Shown: positions 9,501 to 20,317, counted from the first letter of the stretch. The stretch is DNA of 54,090 bases from Candidatus Parvarchaeota archaeon (GCA_017609105.1 JAFCEQ010000002.1:1-54090), one strand, 5' to 3'. A program made the numbers and translations. Notes: a model not told the origin generated them from the sequence alone.

Positions 9501-9918
9501 AACCTTCAGGATCAATATTAATATTTCTTAAAACACTATCAACCTCAGCTTTCGTCACTCGCCTACCATTCAACCGATAATCACTATTACCCTTCTTATC
9601 AACCCTTCTTGAAATCCTAACCTCTTCTTCATCAAATCCTTCAACACTCTTATCACTATTATCAAGAACTAAATCAACTCTCGCCTCCTTTGCAGGCTTC
9701 CCGCCCTTACCACCATTAAATACGAGCTCACCTAACCTCTTAGCACGCATATCTTTCTTACTTGTTTTTCCTAAAACAAAAAACAAAGCATCAACAATAT
9801 TAGATTTACCACTCCCATTCGGGCCTACAATCACTGAAAGATTCCTATCAAAGTTCACAACAGTTTTATTCGCAAAACTCTTAAACCCAAGCATCTCAAG
9901 TTTTTTAATCCACGTCAT
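6580..9918 (-). CDS. smc: SMC chromosome segregation ATPase
   Basis: 1112 aa. Walker A GPNGSGKSN, long K/E-rich coiled coils with a central hinge, signature LSGGEKTLV, Walker B YIVDEIDSALD. Confidence 0.93.
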   Translation of the reverse strand: MTWIKKLEMLGFKSFANKTVVNFDRNLSVIVGPNGSGKSNIVDALFFVLGKTSKKDMRAKRLGELVFNGGKGGKPAKEARVDLVLDNSDKSVEGFDEEEVRISRRVDKKGNSDYRLNGRRVTKAEVDSVLRNINIDPEGFNIIKQGEIARFIEMNPEERAGIIKDIAGISVFEIKKEKALKELQKVENKIKELNIVKKEKEKQLQSLLEEKKTAEKYVKLKNKLNYIEAQILNKKLEGARKKLDEINVNINKINNEIFKINNEIKILKEKETRTEEELKELKVKIEKEGEEESKKIEDEIRELRINIESKEELIKNNKQQLEGLKEKKVNTRNEKLENERKQKELKKKISVEKERLKTLEEKVKKKEEFLEENKSGEQFYELQRKSLSIEEEVVKLKNELEKIVENNELQKKKTKLEKELLLLNKKMKISTSKISKQKELKNEIIKKEDEVEKYINYLLTEKTRVEERIKLKQSFSDAGVIEILKLRKNPEIGKKIFGTFAELITVPSEYANAYKELAGDNLKTIVVEDKSTALKCINYLKKNKLGRAKLLPLKELKDIKIKSKTKEKRAIDLIKFDKKFEKAIKWLFKDSLIVEDLSKVPLNKIAVNKEGIVIKNNLIIGGSETSSIGFKDDDNERKIEEIRNNLENYKNYKVKLGAEKNRILSIITNYTNELSEIKQNINLIKMQLKEIERRIDEKLPKEDDVRRNLRKLKEEKKKIELMLSSTKKTISKEELEKIEKEVKLLKKEHEDLFLKIKAMEAELTKVLEGENKRIESILNQLDKQEKGFKLDIKQMEDFLKKSKKILKEKIEYKKKFFTNIEKLNKRRKKLNQELEKLRLSQIKNKGMIERKEEKRNELKIRKSEIVGEIAGLKERLKEFSNLEVSGTRKTLKELMEEESNLRRTIANYGAVNMKALDKYAHVRNDFEVLSEKSEELEKEKESVLNLISQIEGKKKFVFLNTLKEVNNKFNESFSYLSPEGEARLTLETPENPLEGGLEIVARPAGKKMSSLNLLSGGEKTLVTIAFLFAIQDYKIAPFYIVDEIDSALDKTNSEKLALRIREYSKRTQFIVITHNDEIIMMTDKLYGVSCNDKKISQVVSIKLDDVEKYMDK

Positions 9919-9962
9919 TATAACAACAAAAAAACACTTGTAATTATTAATACTTTTTCTGC

Positions 9963-10111
9963 AGTAAGAACCTCTGTAAGAACCTACGGTTCACTAATCA
10001 CAGAGTGATTGTGCCCAAGTTGCGCCAGCAACTTAGGGCTTACTAACTCCCTTATACATGTTCTTTGGAGTAATAAGAACCTTCAGTATCAGAACCTACA
10101 TGTTCTGATAC
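9963..10111 (+). repeat. copy A of a GC-rich multi-hairpin dispersed element (unclassified; ncRNA or MITE-like)
   Basis: 9963-10056 matches 19135-19228 with one mismatch (t9975 vs a19147), followed by about 35 nt of weaker similarity. Contains hairpins AACC-tac-GGTT, AATCAC-aga-GTGATT and CCCAAGTTGC-gcca-GCAACTT(A)GGG, closed by GTAAG/CTTAC, plus GTATCAGAAC-ctacat-GTTCTGATAC (10086-10111). Confidence 0.9.
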
Positions 10112-10185
10112 TTCCCTCAAAAAAACACAGCATGTTGGTATTTTATACCAAAATATTTATAAATATGTTGGTTCTTTTTGTGAGT

Positions 10186-10497
10186 ATGATTAAGAACAAG
10201 GAGATTGAGAAAAGATTTAATGAAATTTTTAATGAGAAAATTGAGTTTGACTTATTTAATGATGCTTGTTTTGATTTATTAGAGATATTTACTAAAAAAA
10301 GATTAGAAATGTTAAATAAATTAAGTAATGATTCTTTTTTTTCAATAAGAGATCTTGCAGAAAAACTTGATAGAGATGTGAAAAACGTGTATGAGGATTT
10401 ATGCGCTCTTGAAAAGCATCAAATGATTGAATTTGAAGTAAAAGGCAGAGCCAAAATACCTAAATTAAAAAAGAAAGTAATAATACTTAGGTTTTAA
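10186..10497 (+). CDS. small winged-helix DNA-binding protein (putative transcriptional regulator)
   Basis: The C-terminal part FSIRDLAEKLDRDVKNVYEDLCALEKHQMIEF looks like an HTH recognition unit plus wing. I start it at ATG 10186 (M60 of track ORF 10009-10497). The upstream part of that ORF runs through the repeat element, and a TATA-like TTTATAAATA sits at 10156-10165. Confidence 0.6.
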   Translation: MIKNKEIEKRFNEIFNEKIEFDLFNDACFDLLEIFTKKRLEMLNKLSNDSFFSIRDLAEKLDRDVKNVYEDLCALEKHQMIEFEVKGRAKIPKLKKKVIILRF

Positions 10498-12825
<2,328 letters not shown>

Positions 12826-12879
12826 AACTAATAATAATTAACTTAATTAATATTAGTAGTAGACTCGTTCCCTTAGAAA

Positions 12880-13629
12880 TTGTGGGTGGGAAACGAGGAA
12901 AGCAAGTTGGTTCATGAAGAAAAAATTTATAACATAATACTTTCCCCAAAACTGACTTGGGAAGGAATTCTTAGAGATATTGTTAAAAAGGAAGGTATGA
13001 ATCCTTGGGATATTAATGTAAGTAGAATAACTGAGAAGTACTTAGAGTTCATAAAAAAATTAGGAAAACAAGATTTTAGGATAAGCGGTAAAATGATTTT
13101 AGCAGCATCCATTTTAGTGCGTTTAAAATCCGAATATTTTGATCATAATGCTCTTGTGAGAAAAGATTATTACTTAAGTGAGTTAGCAGGAATTCTAAAT
13201 GTTTTAAAGCAGAATAAACAAGAAGCTATTATTAATGTTCCTCAAGATTTTGAAATAATACCTAATCTTTCTCCTACACGATTTAGAAAAGTTACTATTG
13301 ATGAATTAGTAGAAGCTCTTAATCAATCAATGAAAGTGCTTAATAGAAAAAAAGAAAGAATGAGGCAAAGAAAAAAAATAGAAAAAATGAAATACAAATT
13401 CAAGCCCTTTAATATAGCAGATAAAATTAAGAAACTTTATTCAAGAATAAATCAACTCTTAAGCATAAAAAAAGAAGAAGAAATCTTATTTAATGAGCTT
13501 TTAGAAAAGAAAACTAAAAAAGATATTATTTGGACTTTTATTCCTTTGCTTCAACTTGCAAATGATAATAAAATAATATTAAAACAAGAAAAAGAATTCG
13601 GTGATATTAGGATTGGCAAGCAAAAATGA
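12880..13629 (+). CDS. scpA: segregation and condensation protein A (kleisin)
   Basis: MNPWDINVSRITEKYLEFI N-terminal motif typical of ScpA. Lies immediately upstream of and overlapping scpB, with smc nearby. Start codon uncertain (TTG 12880, GTG 12883 or TTG 12907). Confidence 0.8.
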   Translation: MWVGNEESKLVHEEKIYNIILSPKLTWEGILRDIVKKEGMNPWDINVSRITEKYLEFIKKLGKQDFRISGKMILAASILVRLKSEYFDHNALVRKDYYLSELAGILNVLKQNKQEAIINVPQDFEIIPNLSPTRFRKVTIDELVEALNQSMKVLNRKKERMRQRKKIEKMKYKFKPFNIADKIKKLYSRINQLLSIKKEEEILFNELLEKKTKKDIIWTFIPLLQLANDNKIILKQEKEFGDIRIGKQK

Positions 13630-14110
13630 GGATTTAAAAAAAGAAATAGAGATTATTGAAGCGCTTTTGTTTTCAAGTGCTTCAGGATTAACTCTTGAAG
13701 AAATAAAAGAAAGAACAAGTATTACTAAATCTAAAATAAATAAGTGTTTGAGTTATTTGAAAGAAAAGCATAAAGGAGGTATTATTGTCACAAATATTAA
13801 TAATAAATGGCATATGAGAATAAATAATGCTTACGCTTCAACTGTTAAAGACCTTGCGAAAAGAGAATTTAGTAAAGCATTGCTCGGAACACTCGCTGTT
13901 ATTGCTTACAAAAATCCAATAACTCAATCAGAAGTTATTAAAATAAGAGGAAATAAAGCTTATGAACATATTAATCAATTATTACAACTTGGTTTTATTT
14001 TAAGCAAGCCTTATGGAAGAACAAAACAATTAAGATTGGGAAACAAGTTTTATGAATACTTCCAAATAAATAAAGGAGATGAAAAAACCATATTTAATTC
14101 AAAAAAATAA
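13601..14110 (+). CDS. scpB: segregation and condensation protein B
   Basis: IEALLFSSASGLTLEEI N-terminal motif and tandem winged-helix layout. Overlaps the scpA 3' end. Non-ATG start assumed. Confidence 0.8.
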   Translation: MILGLASKNEDLKKEIEIIEALLFSSASGLTLEEIKERTSITKSKINKCLSYLKEKHKGGIIVTNINNKWHMRINNAYASTVKDLAKREFSKALLGTLAVIAYKNPITQSEVIKIRGNKAYEHINQLLQLGFILSKPYGRTKQLRLGNKFYEYFQINKGDEKTIFNSKK

Positions 14111-14178
14111 TAAGAAAAATTATTACAACAAAATTTATTAAATGGTGTGAATTCGTTATTTATATACTACAAACAAGA

Positions 14179-14469
14179 GTGGTGAACAATATGTTAAAAT
14201 TAAAAAATGTTTCAAAAATTTACGGAATGAAAGTTTATACTGATGGCGGAGAATACTTTGGAGATGTTGAAGATTTAAACATTGAAAACAATAAAGTTGT
14301 TAGTTGGAAAATAAAAAACACTAATGGAAGTTTGCTTTCAAGAGCTGTTGGTGTTGGTGCAAAAGGAGTTATTGTTCCTCACCAATATTTAATAAGTATT
14401 GGGGACATAGTTATCTTAAGCAAATCAGCAATACCAAGTTTTGAACCTCAAGAAGAAACAGCTTACTAA
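14179..14469 (+). CDS. PRC-barrel domain protein
   Basis: 96 aa. The pattern GMKVYTDGGEYFGDVEDLNIE...VIVPHQYLISIGDIVIL is typical of PRC barrels. The start may be ATG 14191. Confidence 0.65.
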   Translation: MVNNMLKLKNVSKIYGMKVYTDGGEYFGDVEDLNIENNKVVSWKIKNTNGSLLSRAVGVGAKGVIVPHQYLISIGDIVILSKSAIPSFEPQEETAY

Positions 14470-14573
14470 AATTTAATAAAAATTCTTTTTATTACCCTTT
14501 CTTTATTCCCTAAAACTTTTTATATTGATTTTTAGTTTAACTTTTAATTAAGAATGCAAGGGTTATGTAGAAG

Positions 14574-16478
14574 ATGAAAAAAGAATTTAATTTTAAAACA
14601 ACAAAAGAAATAAGAATTCCTAAGAAATTAATAGACCAAGTTATTGGTCAAGATGAAGCAGTTAACATAATTAAGAAAGCAGCAAAACAAAAGAGAAATG
14701 TCTTACTCATTGGCGAGCCAGGAACAGGTAAAAGCCTTCTTGGAAAAGCAATGGCTGAGCTCATGCCAAGCGAAGAACTTGAGGACATGCTTTGTTTTCC
14801 AAATCCTGAAGACGAGAATAAGCCAATAATAAAAACAGTGCCTGCAGGTGAAGGAAAAAAAATAATTGAAAGAGCAAAAATGAGTTCTTTGAAATCACTG
14901 CCTGAAAATAATAATAAGGGTTGGTTATGGTTGCTTGTTTTTTTTGTGGCATTAAATTTAATTCAACTTGTCGGTGATTTCATCGCGAATAATGAAAAAA
15001 GCGATGTTCTTATCGCTGCTGATAGATTAATAACTACAATGTTTCTTATGATTTCTGTTTTAGTTCTTATTGTTTTTTATTCTTTTTACAGATTAAAGCT
15101 TGTGAAACCTAAGATTATAACACCAAAACTCTTAATAAATAATGAAGGAAAAAAAACCGCTCCTTTTGAAGATGCAACAGGAGCTCATGCTGGAGCTCTT
15201 CTTGGAGATGTTCGTCACGACCCATTTCAAGCAGGAGGGCTTCAAACGCCTGCGCATGAAAGAGTAGAGCCAGGAGCAATACATAAAGCACATAAAGGTG
15301 TTTTATTCATAGATGAGATTGCAACAATTAATCCTGAAACTCAAATTGATTTGCTTACGAGCATGCAAGAAAAAAAATTATCAATAACAGGGAGAAGTGA
15401 AAGATCTTCAGGAGCAATGGTTAAAACAACTCCTGCTCCATGCGATTTTGTTCTTATTGCAGCAGGCAATTTACACACTATTCAACAAATGCATCCTGCT
15501 ATGAGAAGCAGGATTAGGGGTTATGGTTATGAGGTTTACATGAATAATAACATGGATGATACTCCTGAGAATAGAAAAAAATTCACACGTTTCGTTGCTC
15601 AAGAAATTTCAAAAGACAAGAAAATCCCTCATTTCACGAGAGATGCTGTTATAGAACTCCTTAATGAAGCAAAAAGAATGTCAGGAAGAAAAGGAAAAAT
15701 AACATTACGATTAAGAGAAGTTGGAGGTCTCATAAGATCTGCTGGCGATATTGCTAAAGAAGAAGGTTCAAAAATTGTTAAACGAGAGCACGTGCTTAAA
15801 GGATTAAAAGTAAGTCATTATGTGGAACAACAAATTGCTCAAAGATATATTAAAGAAAAAAAAGAATACCAAGTAATTCAAACAAAAGGTTTTAAAGAAG
15901 GAAGAGTTAATGGGTTAGCCGTAATTAGTAACACTAATTCAGGAATGGTTCTACCAATTGAAGCAACAGTCACGCCAGCACTTGCTAAAGAAAAAGGAAA
16001 CATTATTGCAACAGGAAAACTTGGAAAAATAGCAACTGAAGCAGTAACTAATGTTTCAGCAGTTATTAAAAAATATTCAGGTAAGAGTATAAGGGATTAT
16101 GATATTCACATACAATTTCTTCAAGCGTATGAAGGCGTTGAAGGGGATTCAGCGAGCATAAGCATTGCAACAGCAATAGTAAGCGCGTTAGAAGGAGTTC
16201 CTGTAAAACAAAATCTTTCAATGACAGGCTCTTTAAGTGTTAGAGGAGAAGTGCTTCCAATCGGAGGAGTTAATGCAAAAATCAAAGCATCAATAGAAGC
16301 AGGAATTAAAACAGTTATTATACCAAAAATGAATGAAAAAGATGTCTTGCTTCCTAAAGAAGAATTAAAAAAAATAAAGATTATTCCAGTGAATACAATA
16401 GATGAAGTATTAGCGCATGCGTGCGTGTGGAATGAAACTAAGAAAAAAATTTTAGCAAAGATTAAAAAGGCTATTTAA
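14574..16478 (+). CDS. lonB: archaeal membrane-anchored Lon protease (LonB)
   Basis: Walker A GEPGTGKS, hydrophobic insertion (WLWLLVFFVALNL...VLVLIVFY) inside the AAA module, C-terminal protease domain with GDSASISIATAIVSAL (catalytic Ser). Confidence 0.92.
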   Translation: MKKEFNFKTTKEIRIPKKLIDQVIGQDEAVNIIKKAAKQKRNVLLIGEPGTGKSLLGKAMAELMPSEELEDMLCFPNPEDENKPIIKTVPAGEGKKIIERAKMSSLKSLPENNNKGWLWLLVFFVALNLIQLVGDFIANNEKSDVLIAADRLITTMFLMISVLVLIVFYSFYRLKLVKPKIITPKLLINNEGKKTAPFEDATGAHAGALLGDVRHDPFQAGGLQTPAHERVEPGAIHKAHKGVLFIDEIATINPETQIDLLTSMQEKKLSITGRSERSSGAMVKTTPAPCDFVLIAAGNLHTIQQMHPAMRSRIRGYGYEVYMNNNMDDTPENRKKFTRFVAQEISKDKKIPHFTRDAVIELLNEAKRMSGRKGKITLRLREVGGLIRSAGDIAKEEGSKIVKREHVLKGLKVSHYVEQQIAQRYIKEKKEYQVIQTKGFKEGRVNGLAVISNTNSGMVLPIEATVTPALAKEKGNIIATGKLGKIATEAVTNVSAVIKKYSGKSIRDYDIHIQFLQAYEGVEGDSASISIATAIVSALEGVPVKQNLSMTGSLSVRGEVLPIGGVNAKIKASIEAGIKTVIIPKMNEKDVLLPKEELKKIKIIPVNTIDEVLAHACVWNETKKKILAKIKKAI

Positions 16479-16494
16479 CACTTTAATTAACATA

Positions 16495-17865
16495 ATGGAA
16501 TATTTTAATATTTTAAGGAAGTATAGAATAACTTATTCTGATTTAAGAAAAAATTCATTAATCTCGCACATGCTTAAAATGGAGAACGGCGTTGTTAATG
16601 TTAATTCAAGAATAAACGCTTCAATAAATGGTTTAAGAGTTTTCAGTAATAATGGTTTAGGATTTGTTTATTTTAATGACAATGATTTAAGACAAGCCTT
16701 TAACAGAGCATTAAATATAGCAAAAGCTTTTGGCAAATACTCAAATGAGAAACAAAAAGTGTGTAATTACAAAAAAACACGATTTACAGAAAAAAATCCG
16801 GATTCAAATATTTTTGATGTCAGTGATGAAGAAAAAATAGAATTCCTTAAACACATTACTTCTGAATTAGAAACGCATTCAAAAGTTAAGAACACCTTAG
16901 TTGTGCTTTACCAAACAGAAGAGAACAAGGATTTCATGAATTCTGAACTCTCTCAAATTCACTTGAAGCAAAGAATAACTAGGTTAAGCGTTGTTGTTAC
17001 AATGAAAGAAAAAAATAATCTTCAAGAATATTACACTACTTTCGGAAAACAAGGAGGTTGGGAAGTATTAAAAAAACTTGATGTTAATGCTTTAACAGAA
17101 ACTGTTTTGAATAAATGCGAAACATTGTTAAAAGCAAAACCAGCGCCTGCAGGAAGATACCCGGTAATTCTTGACCCTGAAATAACAGGTGTTTTCTTTC
17201 ATGAAGCAATTGGGCATGCTTGCGAAGCAGACGCTGTTTTAGAAAACCAAAGCTTGTTTAAAAACAAGTTAGGTGAAAAAGTAGCGAACGATTTAATAAC
17301 TCTTTATGATGACCCAACCCTTCCTGAATCCGCGGGCTCATACCTTTATGATGATGAAGGCATAAAAGCAAAAAAAACATTGTTAATTAATAAAGGCGTT
17401 TTAAACTCTTACTTGCATTCAAGAAGCACAGCAGCAAAAATGAATCAAGAGCCAACAGGAAACGGGAGAAGCGAATTCGCTAATACACTGCCTATTCCAA
17501 GAATGAGTAATATTGTATTAGAACCAGGCGATTCTTCAAAAGAAGAATTATTTGAATCTGTTAAAAAAGGAATACTCCTTATTGGAAGTAGAGGAGGAGT
17601 TGTTGAACCAACAAAAGGAAATTTTTTATTCAATGCTAAAGAAGCATTCTTAATAGAGAACGGAAGAATAACAACACCACTAAGAGATGTTTCCTTAAGC
17701 GGTAATTCCTTAGAAATCTTAAACAAAATTTCAGGAATTAGCAAGAAATCAGTGTTTTCTTTCACAGCAGGGCATTGCGGGAAAAAAGGACAAAAAGTGC
17801 CTGTTGATGAAAAAACACCTTTCATAAAAGTTGATGAGGCGATTGTTGGTGGAAGGGATTATTGA
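16495..17865 (+). CDS. tldD: TldD-family metalloprotease
   Basis: 456 aa with the HEAIGHACEAD (HExxxH) motif and a Gly-rich C-terminal region. Followed by an overlapping PmbA paralog. Confidence 0.88.
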   Translation: MEYFNILRKYRITYSDLRKNSLISHMLKMENGVVNVNSRINASINGLRVFSNNGLGFVYFNDNDLRQAFNRALNIAKAFGKYSNEKQKVCNYKKTRFTEKNPDSNIFDVSDEEKIEFLKHITSELETHSKVKNTLVVLYQTEENKDFMNSELSQIHLKQRITRLSVVVTMKEKNNLQEYYTTFGKQGGWEVLKKLDVNALTETVLNKCETLLKAKPAPAGRYPVILDPEITGVFFHEAIGHACEADAVLENQSLFKNKLGEKVANDLITLYDDPTLPESAGSYLYDDEGIKAKKTLLINKGVLNSYLHSRSTAAKMNQEPTGNGRSEFANTLPIPRMSNIVLEPGDSSKEELFESVKKGILLIGSRGGVVEPTKGNFLFNAKEAFLIENGRITTPLRDVSLSGNSLEILNKISGISKKSVFSFTAGHCGKKGQKVPVDEKTPFIKVDEAIVGGRDY

Positions 17866-19135
17866 AAAAATAATAAACAAATCAGAATATGATACAGAAG
17901 TTTTTGTTCAAAACAATTCAAGGATTAAAGCTTCTTTTGACACTAAATTAAGAAGGATTACAGCAGGAAATATCACAACTCTAACAATAAGAGTAACAAT
18001 AAATAATGCAAGCGGGAGCGCAACAACAACTAACTTAAAAGATTGGGAGTCCTGCTTAACTAATGCAATAAAATCAGCTAAATTCTCTCCACCACTAAAA
18101 ACAAAGTTTTCTCTTCCAAGAGTTCAAAATTACAGAGGAATCAGAGTGAATTCAAGCAGATTAAATGCAATGACTGAAGAAGACATCATAGAAACAGGAT
18201 TAAGCATTCTAAACAAAGCAGGAAACACTACTGTTCAACAATTAGTAATAAGTAAAGAAATTAATAAGAATGTGTCAGCGAACACGAACGGGATTTTCAT
18301 TGATTCAAAAGATTCTCTCATATCCTCTGAAATAAGTCTTACAAGAAAAGGAGCGACAGCAAGCGAGTACTGCATTTCAAGAAGATACCCTAATTTTAAT
18401 TTTTTTGTAGAAAACGCAGTTAACTTATGCAATACCTCAATAAACCCTGTTAAAATCCCAACAAAAAAAATGAACGTGATTCTTAATTACCCTGCAATAC
18501 AAGATTTATTAGAATCCGCGTTCAGCCCCTCAATATGGCTTAATAATGTTCTTGAAGGAAAAAGCTTGCTCAAAGACAAGATTAACAAAAAAATTTTCTC
18601 AAACAAATTCACTCTTACTGACTCAGGAATCATTGATTACGGCGTTGGCTCATCCAAATTTGATGTGGAAGGCGTGAGAACTCAAAGCACAAAAATTATT
18701 GAAAAAGGCGTTTTAAAAAATTACTTAAGCGATTGGTATTCAGCCACGAAATACGCTCAACTCAAAAAAAAAGAATTCACATCCTCAACAGGAAACGCTG
18801 CTTCCCTCCTAAAACGCCCAAGCGTTTATCACTCAAACCTTGTTGTTGAACCAGGCGACCATTCTTATTCAGAACTCATGGAAGGAACTTCTTTATTAAT
18901 TAACTTCTTAATCGGAGCTCACACTGTTAACCCAACAAGCGGGGACTTCAGTTTGAACTGCGAGAACGCTTACTTAGTAAATAATGGCGTTCTCACACCT
19001 GTTAAACAAGTAATGATAAGCGGAAACATTTACGAACTATTTAAAAACATAATTGCTATTGGAAGAAAACCAAGAAGCGACGGACAAGTAATCAGCCCAC
19101 CAATAAAATTCAAAAACGTCCAAGTTATTTCCTAA
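17834..19135 (+). CDS. pmbA: PmbA/TldE-family protein (partner of TldD)
   Basis: About 433 aa with a TldD/PmbA-like C-terminal region (NFLIGAHTVNPTSGDFSLN) lacking the HExxxH motif. Overlaps the tldD 3' end by about 32 nt. ATG 17834 preferred over TTG 17831. Confidence 0.82.
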   Translation: MRRLLVEGIIEKIINKSEYDTEVFVQNNSRIKASFDTKLRRITAGNITTLTIRVTINNASGSATTTNLKDWESCLTNAIKSAKFSPPLKTKFSLPRVQNYRGIRVNSSRLNAMTEEDIIETGLSILNKAGNTTVQQLVISKEINKNVSANTNGIFIDSKDSLISSEISLTRKGATASEYCISRRYPNFNFFVENAVNLCNTSINPVKIPTKKMNVILNYPAIQDLLESAFSPSIWLNNVLEGKSLLKDKINKKIFSNKFTLTDSGIIDYGVGSSKFDVEGVRTQSTKIIEKGVLKNYLSDWYSATKYAQLKKKEFTSSTGNAASLLKRPSVYHSNLVVEPGDHSYSELMEGTSLLINFLIGAHTVNPTSGDFSLNCENAYLVNNGVLTPVKQVMISGNIYELFKNIIAIGRKPRSDGQVISPPIKFKNVQVIS

Positions 19136-19272
19136 GTAAGAACCTCAGTAAGAACCTACGGTTCACTAATCACAGAGTGATTGTGCCCAAGTTGCGCCAG
19201 CAACTTAGGGCTTACTAACTCCCTTATAATATGTTCTTTGGGGTAATCAGAACCTCCAGCGGGTTCCGATAC
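19135..19272 (+). repeat. copy B of the GC-rich multi-hairpin dispersed element
   Basis: 19135-19228 matches 9963-10056 with one mismatch. The 3' part keeps a hairpin (GTAATCAGAACC-tccagcg-GGTTCCGATAC) at the position of the copy-A hairpin. Begins at the last base of the pmbA stop codon and ends about 90 nt before tRNA-iMet. Confidence 0.9.
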
Positions 19273-19329
19273 CTCCAGCAACCAATTAAAACTTTCTTAC
19301 AAGAAAGGGGCAGCAGTAATAAAGTTAAG

Positions 19330-19337
19330 TTTAAAAA
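19330..19337 (+). promoter_or_regulatory. TATA-like box upstream of initiator tRNA
   Basis: TTTAAAAA centred about 27 nt upstream of the tRNA 5' end at 19361. Confidence 0.4.
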
Positions 19338-19360
19338 GACTAATTATTTTCAATAGGAAC

Positions 19361-19435
19361 AGCGGGGTAGAGCAGCCTGGAGTGCTCGCAGGGCTCATAA
19401 CCCTGAGGTCCGTGGTTCAAATCCACGCCCCGCTA
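19361..19435 (+). tRNA. initiator tRNA-Met (anticodon CAU)
   Basis: AGCGGGG...CCCCGCT-A gives the A1:U72 pair. Anticodon stem CAGGG/CCCTG carries three consecutive G:C pairs next to loop CT-CAT-AA. Both features are archaeal initiator hallmarks. Confidence 0.9.
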
Positions 19436-19462
19436 TAAAAAAAAGAAAATTCAATTTTTTTA

Positions 19463-20317
19463 TTATAATTCTATAGTAAGGATTAAACCACCATAATTTT
19501 TTTGCGAGAATTCCTTCACTTTTTTACTTAATTTATGCTTGCTTACAAAAATTAAAGGAAGTTTTTGCTTCTGAGCTTCTGTAAATGCAATCGCAATATC
19601 ACTTTCACTAATCCTCTTCTTGTTTTTTGCTTTAACATAATATTTTTGCTTAAGCTGATTTAAACTCATAATCTCTAAATCAATTTCCCCTTTCTTCTTT
19701 TTATTACTATTAATAATTGTGAAACCAAGTTTTTTTAATTCATTTTCAACAATACTCGCAAATTCAGAAGAATCCTCTTTTTTAATCTTTTCTTTTCTTT
19801 CTTTTTCTACTTTTCTTTCTTCAAAACTTGTTCGCTCATTAAATAAGCTTGCAGGCGTGTTTTCAACTGTTTTTCCAACAACTTCATGTTTTCCAACACT
19901 TCGCGTTTTATTAACAAGTGTTTCATCAAAAGAATAATACTTAAAATAAACTTCATTATTCCTTTTGATTGATATAATGAAATCAAGGCATCTTGGCAGA
20001 AGAAATTTTTCTTGAACGCTTAATTCATTCTCTCTAATCACTCCTCTTTCTTTTATTTTATTCACTAATTTTTTGCTCACAAAATCCAAGCCATCAAAAA
20101 TCATTTTTTTTGCTTTTTCTTCATGAATTGGTAAATAATATAAGGGGCTTCCGCCAAGTTTTCCTTTTGTTGCAAATATTTTTCCAGAATTTCTTAATTC
20201 ATCTAAAATAACTTTTGAAAAAAAAGTATCTTTATTAATAATGTTATTTATTTGGCTTGGATGTGATGGCCCATTATTTTTTAAAAACTCAATTATTTTT
20301 TTTTCATAAACTTCCAT
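19463..20317 (-). CDS. hypothetical protein; N-terminal winged-helix-like region and C-terminal region with a possible PD-(D/E)xK nuclease-like pattern
   Basis: 284 aa. N-terminus IIEFLKNNGPSHPSQINNII...LDELRNSGKI resembles a wHTH. C-terminus ENELKKLGF...GEIDLEI...YYVKAKNKK resembles an E...D...(E/V)xK core. Weak, pattern-based only. Confidence 0.4.
   Translation of the reverse strand: MEVYEKKIIEFLKNNGPSHPSQINNIINKDTFFSKVILDELRNSGKIFATKGKLGGSPLYYLPIHEEKAKKMIFDGLDFVSKKLVNKIKERGVIRENELSVQEKFLLPRCLDFIISIKRNNEVYFKYYSFDETLVNKTRSVGKHEVVGKTVENTPASLFNERTSFEERKVEKERKEKIKKEDSSEFASIVENELKKLGFTIINSNKKKKGEIDLEIMSLNQLKQKYYVKAKNKKRISESDIAIAFTEAQKQKLPLIFVSKHKLSKKVKEFSQKNYGGLILTIEL

Noticed and set aside
9963-10111. 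The repeat element as a 5S rRNA, tRNA or split-tRNA half, C/D or H/ACA sRNA, or RNase P RNA
   Set aside because: It has no GAAGTTAAGC-type 5S loop, no GTTC(G/A)AATC T-loop or D-loop, no RTGATGA/CTGA boxes and no ACA after the closing stem. It shows only a fortuitous GGGCTTAC resemblance to RNase P CR-V, and it is present in two copies.
10009-10185. N-terminal 59 codons of track ORF 10009-10497 (MCPSCASNLG...), including a CPSC motif
   Set aside because: This segment is the repeat element itself. In copy B the same frame stops after 21 codons. A TATA-like box and ATG 10186 give a sensible wHTH protein of about 103 aa.
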